Assembly: GCA_964360445.1 (NCBI GenBank)
Contig: CAYHWE010000003.1
Location: 1 to 51,366 of the forward strand
Source: an uncultured Gammaproteobacteria bacterium
GTDB taxonomy: Bacteria > Patescibacteriota > Patescibacteriia > Patescibacteriales > JAKAJF01
Length of the DNA stretch: 51,366 nt
Reading direction: 5' to 3'
Positions within the stretch are counted from its first letter, which is position 1. Each line of letters opens with the position of its first letter. The notes under the pieces are model-generated. The model was given only the letters and a program-made list of their open reading frames with translations. It had not been told where the DNA came from and did not search any database. Made by a program: the position numbers and the translations under genes. This document shows positions 1 to 8,541 of this stretch, piece by piece.

Positions 1-119
1 TACACGCAAAATGCTTGCCGACAAGAGGCCAAAGGACAAAGACCAATAATAGGACGGTAAGAGGAAATACAAGGAAAACAATGGGATCGGGCAGGAAAGA
101 AACCGGACAAAAGACCTAA
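1..119 (+). CDS. rpsM: 30S ribosomal protein S13, C-terminal fragment (5' end lies outside the window)
   Basis: Frame 3 reads ...LPTRGQRTKTNNRTVRGNTRKTMGSGRKETGQKT*, the basic S13 tail. It sits in the canonical position upstream of rpsK-rpsD-rpoA-rplQ. Confidence 0.75.
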   Translation, partial: HAKCLPTRGQRTKTNNRTVRGNTRKTMGSGRKETGQKT

Positions 120-120
120 G

Positions 121-193
121 ATAATATAATGCTAATTTGCGAATCAATGTTAATGACGCGAATTGCGAATTCTAAAATAAATTAGAAATATAT
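121..193 (+). repeat. Repeated leader element upstream of rpsK (TAATATAATGC ... AATGACGCGAATTGCGAATT), copy 1 of 2
   Basis: It shares its start (TAATATAATGC[T/C]AAT) and end (AATGACGCGAAT[T/C]GCGAATT[C/T]TAAA) with 2616-2686. Both copies lie between a stop codon and the next r-protein start, and both contain a TATAAT hexamer. Confidence 0.6.
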
Positions 194-730
194 ATGACTG
201 AGGATATCAAAAAGGACAATGAATTGGAGGATGAGTTGGAAACAGAAGAAGTTTCTTCTTTTGGCGCCGGCGAAGAAGCGGCATCAGCTCCTGAGGAGTT
301 GCCTGAAGAAGTAAAAAAGAAGCTTGAAGCTAAGACGGAAAAGAAACCGATGAAGGGCAAGAAAAAGAAGAAGAGCGATAAAAAGGTTGTAATCGGCAAG
401 GCTTATATCAAGGCTACCTACAACAATACGATCGTATCTTTGGCTGATACCAGCGGCAATACTATCTCATGGGCCAGCGCGGGTATGGCCGGATTCAAGG
501 GCGCTAAAAAATCCACTCCTTATGCGGCTCAAATCATCACAAGAATTGCGGTTGAAAGAGCGAAGGAAAGAGGATTGAAAGAAGTCATGGTATTTGTCAA
601 AGGAGTCGGTACCGGCCGCGAATCAGCAGTAAGAGCTTTAAATGCTAATGGTTTGATTGTTACTTCTATCAAAGATGTCACCCCTGTGCCGCATAACGGA
701 TGCAGAGCAAGAAAACCAAGAAGAGTGTAA
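194..730 (+). CDS. rpsK: 30S ribosomal protein S11 with an acidic N-terminal extension (alternative start at 350)
   Basis: [46 protein letters not shown] ... [17 protein letters not shown] matches S11 end to end. The first ~52 aa are an E/K-rich low-complexity stretch. Confidence 0.93.
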   Translation: MTEDIKKDNELEDELETEEVSSFGAGEEAASAPEELPEEVKKKLEAKTEKKPMKGKKKKKSDKKVVIGKAYIKATYNNTIVSLADTSGNTISWASAGMAGFKGAKKSTPYAAQIITRIAVERAKERGLKEVMVFVKGVGTGRESAVRALNANGLIVTSIKDVTPVPHNGCRARKPRRV

Positions 731-749
731 ACTTTAAATTTATCAAATT

Positions 750-1379
750 ATGTCAAAAAATTTAGATCCAAAATGTAAGCAATGCAGAAGAGCAGGGGAA
801 AAATTATTCCTTAAGGGTGAACGTTGCACTACTCCTAAATGCGCTATCGTTAAAAGGAATTTTCCTCCCGGAATGCATGGCGTAAAAGGAAAGAGCAGAC
901 AGAGCGAATACGGCTTGCAATTGCAGGAAAAACAGAAAGTGAAAAGAGAATACGGCTTGCTTGAAAAACAATTCAAATTGACTTTTGAAAAAGGAAAGAC
1001 TCAGTCCGGTAAAGCCGGTGAAAACTTATTCAGATTGCTTGAAACAAGATTTGACAATACGGTCTATCGCTTAGGATTCGCAAGTTCAAGGACTCAGGCG
1101 AGACAGATGGTGGGCCATGGCCATTTCAATATAAACGGAAAGAAAGTGAATATCCCTTCTTACCAGGTTAAGATCGGCGATGTGATCACCATTAAGACCG
1201 GAAGCAAAAAGTCAAAATTATTTGCCGGATTGGAAGAGAAGCTGAAGAAAGCGCAAATTCCGGGTTGGCTGAACGTAGACGCCAAAGAATTGACAGCAAA
1301 GGTTCTGCATAAGCCGAATATCGAAGATATCCAGACGAACTTCAATGTCCAGATGATCGTAGAATTTTACTCTAAATAA
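750..1379 (+). CDS. rpsD: 30S ribosomal protein S4
   Basis: It has the N-terminal CKQCRR...C..PKC zinc-ribbon-like segment, [10 protein letters not shown], and an S4 RNA-binding domain ([42 protein letters not shown]). Confidence 0.95.
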   Translation: [209 protein letters not shown]

Positions 1380-1411
1380 TTTAAATAAAGGAGGAAAACT
1401 CCGTAAACTAT

Positions 1412-2194
1412 ATGCAACATATTGCTTTACCTAAGAAAATCGAATCAAAGAAAGGTGAAAATGCTAATCAGGGTTCAATCGTGATCGAGCCTTGCTATCC
1501 TAGCTATGGAACTACTTTAGGTAATTCATTAAGACGCGTTTTGCTTTCTTCTTTGCCGGGCGCTGCGGTAGTCGGAGTGAAAATCAAAGGGGCTGACCAT
1601 GAGTTTACTGATCTGCCTCATGTCAAAGAAGACATATTGGAAATAATATTGAATTTAAAACAGCTGAGATTGAAAGTTTTTACCGAAGAAATTGTTAAAT
1701 TGGAACTGGATGTCCATGGCGAAAAGGGAGTAAAGGCCGGCGATATCACGAAAAACAGCCAGGTTGAAATCATGAATCCGGATTTGGTTTTAGCCCATAT
1801 TACCGATATGGCGGGAAAGCTGAATATGGAGATTTTCGTTTCCCAGGGAAGAGGTTATGAAACGATTGAAAGCAGGGATTCGAAGAAGCAGGAAATCGGA
1901 TACATTGAAATGGACTCGATTTTTTCTCCGGTAATGCATGTCGGCGCAGACATAGAAAACGTCCGTGTCGGTAAGATGACTAATTGGGAAAAATTGATTT
2001 TAAATATCACAACCGACGGAACTATAACTCCGGAAGAAGCCTTTAGCCAGGCGGTTGAAATCTTGATCAGTCAATTTTCAAGCCTGACTGGCAAGGAAGT
2101 TGCTGAAGAAGCCAAAGAAGAGATAATAGAAGAAAAAGCTGAAGAGGTTGAGGTAGCGGAAAAACCTAAAAAAGGAAAAACAAAGAAAAGTTAA
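1412..2194 (+). CDS. rpoA: DNA-directed RNA polymerase alpha subunit, N-terminal domain only plus an E/K-rich tail
   Basis: An AAGGAGG SD lies at 1389-1395. GTTLGNSLRRVLLSSLPGAAV and the insert/dimerisation domain are present. The protein ends at 260 aa with KEVAEEAKEEIIEEKAEEVEVAEKPKKGKTKKS in place of an alpha-CTD. Confidence 0.9.
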   Translation: MQHIALPKKIESKKGENANQGSIVIEPCYPSYGTTLGNSLRRVLLSSLPGAAVVGVKIKGADHEFTDLPHVKEDILEIILNLKQLRLKVFTEEIVKLELDVHGEKGVKAGDITKNSQVEIMNPDLVLAHITDMAGKLNMEIFVSQGRGYETIESRDSKKQEIGYIEMDSIFSPVMHVGADIENVRVGKMTNWEKLILNITTDGTITPEEAFSQAVEILISQFSSLTGKEVAEEAKEEIIEEKAEEVEVAEKPKKGKTKKS

Positions 2195-2266
2195 TTAGGG
2201 ATTAGCGATCGGTTAATCAATTTAACTGAGCCACTGATTAACTGATTAACCAATTAACTAAATATT
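2190..2266 (+). repeat. Intercistronic element GTTAATTAGGGATTAG ... CTGATTAACTGATTAA, copy 1 of 2
   Basis: It starts on the rpoA stop codon and ends at the rplQ ATG. The same 5' box (16/16) and 3' box recur at 19152-19220. Confidence 0.7.
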
Positions 2267-2617
2267 ATGAGACACAGGGTAAAAGGAAAAATTCTAGACA
2301 GACAAAAAGCGCCAAGGGAAATGATGTTAAAAAATTTAGCATCTAGCGTTTTGATTTACGAAAAGGTTAAAACTACTGAAGCGAAAGCCAAGGTTGTAAG
2401 ATCTTTGGTTGAAAAAGCCATAACTGTCGCTAAAAAAGGCGATTTGAACAGCAGAAGAAAATTAGTTGAAACTTTGCCTCAAAAAATGGCGATAAAGAAA
2501 GCGATGGAAGTATTGGGTGACCGCTATAAAGGAAGAGATGGCGGTTATACAAGGATCGTAAAACTGGGCACAAGGCCTGGTGATGGAGCAAAAGTGGTTC
2601 AGATAGAATTAGTTTAA
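2267..2617 (+). CDS. rplQ: 50S ribosomal protein L17
   Basis: MRHRVKGKILDRQKAPREMMLKNLASSVLIYEKVKTTEAKAK ... GGYTRIVKLGTRPGDGA is typical of L17. Confidence 0.95.
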   Translation: MRHRVKGKILDRQKAPREMMLKNLASSVLIYEKVKTTEAKAKVVRSLVEKAITVAKKGDLNSRRKLVETLPQKMAIKKAMEVLGDRYKGRDGGYTRIVKLGTRPGDGAKVVQIELV

Positions 2618-2686
2618 TATAATGCCAATACGCTAATTCCATCGGCTGACGGATGCGAATGACGCGAATCGCGAATTTTAAATAAT
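2616..2686 (+). repeat. Repeated leader element upstream of rplM, copy 2 of 2
   Basis: TAATATAATGCCAAT ... GCGAATGACGCGAATCGCGAATTTTAAATAAT ends at the rplM ATG and is homologous to 121-193. Confidence 0.6.
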
Positions 2687-3034
2687 ATGGAAAGAAAAAT
2701 ACATAAAATTGACGCAAGCAATAAGGCTGCAGGCAGAATAGCATCTCAGATCGCTCTTATTTTGCGCGGCAAAAATAAACCGGAATACCAGCCTCATAAA
2801 GACGAAGGCGATATCGTAATCGTTGAAAATATCAAGGAATTGAAATTTACAGGTAAGAAGATCGAGCAGAAAAAATATTTCAGATATTCAGGTTATCCAG
2901 GCGGTATCAAGGAAACTAAGATCAAGGATTTATTCAAGAGCAATCCGGGCCAGATACTGAAGAATGCGGTTAAACAGATGTTGCCTGATAATAAATTGAG
3001 AGACGGGATGTTGAAGAGGTTAACAATCAAATAA
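2687..3034 (+). CDS. rplM: 50S ribosomal protein L13 (short form, 115 aa)
   Basis: IDASNKAAGRIASQIALILRGKNKPEYQPHKDEGDIVIVENI ... KKYFRYSGYPGG matches L13. The C-terminus is shorter than E. coli L13. Confidence 0.9.
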   Translation: MERKIHKIDASNKAAGRIASQIALILRGKNKPEYQPHKDEGDIVIVENIKELKFTGKKIEQKKYFRYSGYPGGIKETKIKDLFKSNPGQILKNAVKQMLPDNKLRDGMLKRLTIK

Positions 3035-3058
3035 CCGATAAAGCACTAAATAATTTAT

Positions 3059-3493
3059 ATGACAGAAAAAAAGAAAATCGAAAAAAACGAAGAGCATAAA
3101 TTCAAAGGAAAATTTATCGCAGCTACAGGCAAGAGAAAAACTGCTGCGGCTCAGGTTAGATTATACAAGAGCGGAAGCGGCATCATAGTCGTAAATGGTA
3201 TGAAAGCAAGCCAGTATTTTCCTGCAAATTTGGTTACCGTGCTCAACCAGCCGTTAAAAATCGCAGGTCTCTCTAAAGATTTGGATTTCTCAGTAGTTGT
3301 AAATGGCGGTGGAAAAAGCGGCCAGGCAGATGCAGTTAAGCTTGGTATTTCTAAGGCTTTACTTGAACATAACGAAGAATTAAGAGCAGCATTGAAAGCA
3401 AAAGATTTATTGACACGCGATTCAAGAGAAAAGGAAAGAAAGAAGCCAGGTTTGAGAAAAGCGAGAAAAGCTCCACAATGGTCAAAACGTTAA
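3059..3493 (+). CDS. rpsI: 30S ribosomal protein S9
   Basis: ATGKRKTAAAQVRLYKGSG.I.VNG ... GGGKSGQADAVKLGISKAL ... LTRDSREKERKKPGLRKARKAPQWSKR is typical of S9. Confidence 0.95.
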   Translation: MTEKKKIEKNEEHKFKGKFIAATGKRKTAAAQVRLYKSGSGIIVVNGMKASQYFPANLVTVLNQPLKIAGLSKDLDFSVVVNGGGKSGQADAVKLGISKALLEHNEELRAALKAKDLLTRDSREKERKKPGLRKARKAPQWSKR

Positions 3494-3508
3494 TCTCACA
3501 TATCAAAA

Positions 3509-3536
3509 ATACCAACCGAGCGGTTGGTATTTTTTT
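3509..3536 (+). terminator. Rho-independent terminator after rpsI
   Basis: The stem is ATACCAACC / GGTTGGTAT with loop GAGC, followed by TTTTTT. Confidence 0.8.
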
Positions 3537-3538
3537 GT

Positions 3539-3570
3539 AAAAAAACAGCGCTGGGGTTTATTCCAGCGCT
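3539..3570 (-). terminator. Rho-independent terminator of the minus-strand isomerase-like gene
   Basis: The stem is AGCGCTGG / CCAGCGCT and overlaps the stop codon. On the minus strand it is followed by a run of 7 U. Confidence 0.7.
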
Positions 3571-4352
3571 TTTTTGATAAATTGGAGGGATCTCTTTACG
3601 GCCTCCTCGCGTTTTGCTCTCCCGAATATCGGGCCGAGCTCTATTATTATGTAATGCTGTGCTTCCTTTTCTCTTTTTGCCTTTTCCGCGAATAACTTAA
3701 GTAATTCGCGGAGCGGCAGATTGCCATCTCCAGGGATAAGATGTTTTTGGGTCTGGCCCAGCATTGAATCCGAGAGATGGATGATTCTCGGTTTCATTGT
3801 CTTGTACGCAGCCAGAAACATTTCGGGGAGAATCATCTTTTCTCCGGCATGGGATGTATCGAATGTTGCGCCAACCGAATGCTCATCGGCTATTCTTTTG
3901 ACATCCGCAGGCGCGTATCCGTCCTCCATCGAGGTCGGATTCTCTACGAAACACCTCTTTTGGAGGCCATTCCTGTTATTCGGAAGAAAAAAAGAATTGG
4001 GGTGAAAATTTACATAACCCCCTAAATCTTCGGCCAATGTTAAGGCCGGACTTTTTCTTGCGGGCCCGAGTAATGGCGCCCATATCAGATTGAAGATGCT
4101 GCCGATTGTCGGCGGTCTTCTTAATGCGGCGGCCAGGAAATCCCTGTATCCATAACAAAACGGGGTATGGAATCCCAGGACTTTGACGCCTGGATATTTT
4201 TTTACCAGCCTGGTTACGGTATTATACTGCCACCTGAATGGCAGTATTTCTACGCCGATGCCGAACTTTTCCGCGAGGCGGAATATCTCCTCGAGATTGT
4301 GGAAAAAAATTGCCGAACTCAATCCGATCTTAATATTCTTCATATCCTTCAT
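3558..4352 (-). CDS. Sugar phosphate isomerase/epimerase (xylose-isomerase-like TIM barrel) family protein
   Basis: Metal-ligand-like motifs occur in the expected order (FHTPF, FDTSHA, IIHLSD, IIIELG). Length is 264 aa. Confidence 0.6.
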   Translation of the reverse strand: MKDMKNIKIGLSSAIFFHNLEEIFRLAEKFGIGVEILPFRWQYNTVTRLVKKYPGVKVLGFHTPFCYGYRDFLAAALRRPPTIGSIFNLIWAPLLGPARKSPALTLAEDLGGYVNFHPNSFFLPNNRNGLQKRCFVENPTSMEDGYAPADVKRIADEHSVGATFDTSHAGEKMILPEMFLAAYKTMKPRIIHLSDSMLGQTQKHLIPGDGNLPLRELLKLFAEKAKREKEAQHYIIIELGPIFGRAKREEAVKRSLQFIKKALE

Positions 4353-4368
4353 GGCAAGATCCCTTTCT

Positions 4369-4398
4369 TTTGTTTTAAAGTTCGATATTTGTTATAAT
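4369..4398 (+). promoter_or_regulatory. Candidate sigma70-type promoter of the glycan operon
   Basis: TTGTTT, an 18-nt spacer, then an extended -10 TGTTATAAT, about 60 nt upstream of the flippase ATG. Confidence 0.4.
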
Positions 4399-4458
4399 CT
4401 TATATATAAACAAATCATCCCATCATAACATATTTTTATTATTAAGTCAACTGGTTAC

Positions 4459-5919
4459 ATGTCAAAAATAGCTAATATTGCGAAAAATACATCATATTTC
4501 ACTTTTGCCTTGATTTTGCAAAAAGTGATATCGTTCACTTACTTTACGGTGCTGGCCAGGAATTTGGGGCCAGAGGATCTGGGCAGATATTATTTTGCCA
4601 TTTCTTTTACCACTATTTTTGCTATTTTTATCGACTTGGGCCTTTCCAATGTCTTAACCAGGGAAGTGGCGAAAGACGAAAAAAGGACGGTTGATCTGCT
4701 CGGCAATATCCTTGCTTTAAAAATTCCGCTATCGATTTTTTCATTTTTGCTGGTATTATTTTTTATAAATTCATCTGATTACCCGGAATTGACCCGCCAG
4801 CTTGTTTACATTTCATCCATATCGATGATACTTGACTCGTTTACTCTGACCTTTTTTGCCGTCATCCGCGGTTTCCATAATTTATTTTTTGAAAGCATCG
4901 CGTCAGTCATATTCCAGATCGTAATCCTATCTTCAGGAATAGTTTTTCTTCGTCTGAATATGGGATTAAGATGGCTTTTGGGCGCCTTGGCTTTCGCGAG
5001 CATCTTTAATTTTCTTTATTCATTGATTCTGGTCTGGAAAAAATGGGGGATAGGAATAAGGCCCAAGATAAACAAGGGCTTGTCAAAGCAGATTATCCGG
5101 ATCGCCATTCCTTTCGCCATGTTTGCGGTGTTCCAGAGATTTTATACCTATCTGGACTCTGTCATTTTGTCCGCATTGGCCGGAGACAGGTATCTGGGGC
5201 TGTATCAGGTCGCTTTCAAGATAATTTTCGCTTTGCAATTCTTGCCGCTTGCGTTTACCGCGACTTTGTATCCGGCTATGAGCTCATATTGGGTTTCCAA
5301 TAAAGAACAGCTGTCTATCACATTTGAACGAGCGATGAATTATCTGATCATAATCTCCATTCCTATCGCGTTCGGCATAATCGCCTTGGCCGATAAGATA
5401 GTCTTGATATTCAAATCCGGCTACGAGGAGGCCGTATTGCCATTGCAGATCACGATGGTCGCCTTGATTTTCATCTTCCTTAATTTTCCGATCGGCTCGC
5501 TTTTGAACGCTTGCGACCGCCAGAAACAGAACACGAAGAATATGGGCATCGTCTTGGCCGTAAGCGTAATCTTGAATATAGTCCTGATTCCGGCCAACAA
5601 AGCGATAGGGGCCAGCATTACCGTGGTCGCTACTAATTTTTTAATGCTTGTTTTGGGATTGGTTCTGGTGCCCGGCATCATAAAAGTAAGATATTGGAAA
5701 ATATTGAGAACATTTTTCATCTCTCTTGCCGGCGCGTTGGTAATGGCGGGATTTACGATTATCTTGAAATCATATATCAATATATTCTTATTGGTTTTAG
5801 TTTCTGCTATTATTTATTTCGCGGTCATTTACAGATTAGGCGGTTTCAAGAAAGAGGATGTGATCAGTATTTATAAGTCTTTTTCGCGAAAAATAATAAA
5901 AGAAGAAGGTAAAGCGTAA
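4459..5919 (+). CDS. Polysaccharide/oligosaccharide flippase, MOP superfamily (Wzx-like)
   Basis: 486 aa with about 12-14 hydrophobic segments. The N-terminus (FALILQKVISFTYFTVLARNLGPEDLGRY) is typical of polysaccharide biosynthesis (Wzx) proteins. Confidence 0.8.
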   Translation: MSKIANIAKNTSYFTFALILQKVISFTYFTVLARNLGPEDLGRYYFAISFTTIFAIFIDLGLSNVLTREVAKDEKRTVDLLGNILALKIPLSIFSFLLVLFFINSSDYPELTRQLVYISSISMILDSFTLTFFAVIRGFHNLFFESIASVIFQIVILSSGIVFLRLNMGLRWLLGALAFASIFNFLYSLILVWKKWGIGIRPKINKGLSKQIIRIAIPFAMFAVFQRFYTYLDSVILSALAGDRYLGLYQVAFKIIFALQFLPLAFTATLYPAMSSYWVSNKEQLSITFERAMNYLIIISIPIAFGIIALADKIVLIFKSGYEEAVLPLQITMVALIFIFLNFPIGSLLNACDRQKQNTKNMGIVLAVSVILNIVLIPANKAIGASITVVATNFLMLVLGLVLVPGIIKVRYWKILRTFFISLAGALVMAGFTIILKSYINIFLLVLVSAIIYFAVIYRLGGFKKEDVISIYKSFSRKIIKEEGKA

Positions 5920-5921
5920 CT

Positions 5922-6995
5922 ATGAAAATTCTTTTATTTACCCTTGAGTATCCGCCGTTTTGGGGCGGCGTGGCGAATTATTACGGGAATCTTGTTAAGA
6001 ATTGGCCCGAGAATATTTCTGTTCTGGATAATAATGACGGAAAGCTGATTGCCGGATGGCTGCCGTTTTTCAGGTGGCTGCCATTATTTTTTGCTCTAAG
6101 CAAAGCGGTTAAAAAGGAAAAAATAGGCCATATTTTAGTCGGCCACATCTTGCCGCTTGGCACGGTTGCTTATCTTTACTTTAAGCTGGCCAAAATTCCA
6201 TACTCAGTTTTTTTGCACGGAATGGATCTGAATTATGCTTTGAAGACAGGACGTAAAAAAAGGATTGCGAAAAAGATCTTGGATAATGCGGAACATATAA
6301 TTTGCGCCAATAGCTATGTGGCAAAAAACTCAGAAGTGATTATTGATGATAAAAATAAGATTACGATTGTTAATCCTGGAGTGGAGGGGCGCATAACGCA
6401 TAACGCGCAGCGCATAGCGCAAATCAAGGAAGAATATGACCTAAATAACAGGTTTATCCTGCTGAGCATGGGGCGCCTAGTTAAGAGAAAGGGGTTTGAC
6501 AAAGTAATTGAAAGCCTGCCGGAAGTTTTAAAGATTTTTCCCGATTCGGTTTATGTTATTGCCGGAAGCGGAGAAGATGATGCTTACTTGAAAGATATGG
6601 CCAAGAAGTTACCAAAAGATGCGGTTATTTTTTTGGGCAGTGTTTCTGAGGAAGAAAAATGGGCATGGTTGAATGCCTGCGACGCCTTTATTATGCCGGC
6701 AAGAAATATTGATGGAGATGCTGAGGGATTCGGGATCGTTTATCTTGAAGCGAATTTATGCGGAAAACCGGTTATTGCCGGAGATAGCGGCGGCGTGCGC
6801 GATGCGGTCCAGCACGAGTTAAATGGTTTATTGGTGGATCCGGAAAATGTTAAAGAGATTTCCGACGCCATCATGCGCTTATGGATAAATAAGAATTTCA
6901 GGATGAAATTGGGCAAGCATGGAAGAGAGAGGGTTTTGAAAGATTTCGGGTGGAGCGAGAAGGTGAATAAAATTTATAATTTGCTTAAAGAATAA
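5922..6995 (+). CDS. Glycosyltransferase family 4 (GT-B fold)
   Basis: The EX7E region EGFGIVYLEANLCGKPVIAGDSGGVRDAV is present. The gene starts 2 nt after the flippase stop. Confidence 0.85.
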   Translation: MKILLFTLEYPPFWGGVANYYGNLVKNWPENISVLDNNDGKLIAGWLPFFRWLPLFFALSKAVKKEKIGHILVGHILPLGTVAYLYFKLAKIPYSVFLHGMDLNYALKTGRKKRIAKKILDNAEHIICANSYVAKNSEVIIDDKNKITIVNPGVEGRITHNAQRIAQIKEEYDLNNRFILLSMGRLVKRKGFDKVIESLPEVLKIFPDSVYVIAGSGEDDAYLKDMAKKLPKDAVIFLGSVSEEEKWAWLNACDAFIMPARNIDGDAEGFGIVYLEANLCGKPVIAGDSGGVRDAVQHELNGLLVDPENVKEISDAIMRLWINKNFRMKLGKHGRERVLKDFGWSEKVNKIYNLLKE

Positions 6996-6998
6996 AAT

Positions 6999-7721
6999 AT
7001 GATTTCCATAATAATCCCAGTCTACAATCAAGCTGATAAAATATCCAAGTGTTTGGATAGCATTTTGAATCAAAGCTATAAAGACTTTGAGGTGATTGTT
7101 GTTAACGATGGGTCTAACGATAATTTAGAATCACGAATTAAGAATTACGAATTAAGAATCAGAAATTTCAAATACATTGTCCAGGATAATCAAGGCTCGA
7201 ATCCGGCGCGAAACAGGGGGGCACAAGAGGCGAAAGGGGAATATGTAATCTTTTGCGATGCGGATGTCGTGATGCAACCGGAAATGCTTGAAACAATGTT
7301 AAACACGCTTGAGGCTAATCCGGAAGCCAGCTTCGCTTATTCTGCTTTTTTCTGGGGCAAAAAACTTTTCCCGCTTTGGGCTTATGATGAGCGGAAACTA
7401 AGAGAGATGCCGTATATACATACGACTTCACTGATCAAGCGCGAGCATTTCCCGGGTTTTGATGATAATATCAGGCGCCTCCAAGATTGGGACTTATGGC
7501 TTACGATGCTTGAACAAGGGCATAAGGGTGTCTGGATCAGCAAGACTTTATTCAAGGTAGAAACGGGTGGAACAATCAGTAATTGGCTGCCGAAATGCGC
7601 TTATGAATTTTTGCCGTTTCTGCCGCAGGTTAAGAAGTATAATGAGGCGATGAGCATAATTAAAAAGAAACATAATTTGAGCCCCCTAGATAAAGGGGGT
7701 AAGGGGGGATTAAGGGTATGA
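6999..7721 (+). CDS. Glycosyltransferase family 2 (GT-A fold)
   Basis: ISIIIPVYNQADKISKCLDSILNQSYKDFEVIVVNDGSND ... YVIFCDADV (DxD). The stop overlaps the next start (ATGA). Confidence 0.85.
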   Translation: MISIIIPVYNQADKISKCLDSILNQSYKDFEVIVVNDGSNDNLESRIKNYELRIRNFKYIVQDNQGSNPARNRGAQEAKGEYVIFCDADVVMQPEMLETMLNTLEANPEASFAYSAFFWGKKLFPLWAYDERKLREMPYIHTTSLIKREHFPGFDDNIRRLQDWDLWLTMLEQGHKGVWISKTLFKVETGGTISNWLPKCAYEFLPFLPQVKKYNEAMSIIKKKHNLSPLDKGGKGGLRV

Positions 7722-8512
7722 AGAAATATCTAACAATATTTAAAATAAGCTGGGAAACGAGATTGGCATATAGATTCGATTTTTTGGTTGGAAGGTTCAG
7801 GAATGTGGTGGTCCTGATCATTCTCTATTACGTTTGGGATATTTTGAACCAAAATACAGACAAATTTGCCGGATATGAGAGAGGGGAATTGTTCGCTTAT
7901 GTCTTTGGCGCTATCATTTTAAAATCGATCATATTAGGATCGCAATCAAGGCAGATGGCAATGGAAATCAATGACGGGACCTTTTCAAGATATTTGGTGC
8001 AGCCAATAAATTATTTTTGGGTGGTATTTTGGCGTGAACTGGCTGAAAAATGCTTGAATCTTGTAAGCGCGGTTTTTGAAATAATAATTTTTGTGTTGCT
8101 TGTCGGTTCGCCATTCTTTTGGCAGACAGACTTATCGGTGCTTGCATTGTTTTTCATATCTGTTGTGTTGGCTTTTATTTTGTATTTTATTTTGAGTTAC
8201 TTGGTAAGCCTGATTGCTTTTTGGTCGCGAGAAGCTATGGGCCCGAAATTCCTTTTTGAATGGTTTTTGGAATTTTCTTCGGGCATTTTCTTTCCTCTAA
8301 GTATTCTGCCAAAATTATTTTTTATATCCTTAAGTATTTTGCCTTTTGCTTATCTGGTTTATTCCCCGTTAAGGATTTATTTAGGCAAGGCGGGTATCCA
8401 TGAGATTGTTAATGGATTTTTATTATCAATTTTCTGGATAATTGCAATTGGGTTGTTGACCAGATTAACTTGGATTAAAGGGTTGAAGAAGTATTCGGGG
8501 GAGGGGATGTGA
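7718..8512 (+). CDS. ABC-2 family transporter permease (paralog A1)
   Basis: 264 aa with about 6 TM segments. The N-terminus MKKYLTIFKISWETRLAYRFDF is paralogous to the 9569 gene. The C-terminal KKYSGEG motif is shared by all three permeases. Confidence 0.7.
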   Translation: MKKYLTIFKISWETRLAYRFDFLVGRFRNVVVLIILYYVWDILNQNTDKFAGYERGELFAYVFGAIILKSIILGSQSRQMAMEINDGTFSRYLVQPINYFWVVFWRELAEKCLNLVSAVFEIIIFVLLVGSPFFWQTDLSVLALFFISVVLAFILYFILSYLVSLIAFWSREAMGPKFLFEWFLEFSSGIFFPLSILPKLFFISLSILPFAYLVYSPLRIYLGKAGIHEIVNGFLLSIFWIIAIGLLTRLTWIKGLKKYSGEGM

Positions 8513-8541
8513 TTTCCGTTATTGCGATGAGCGAAGCTCCA

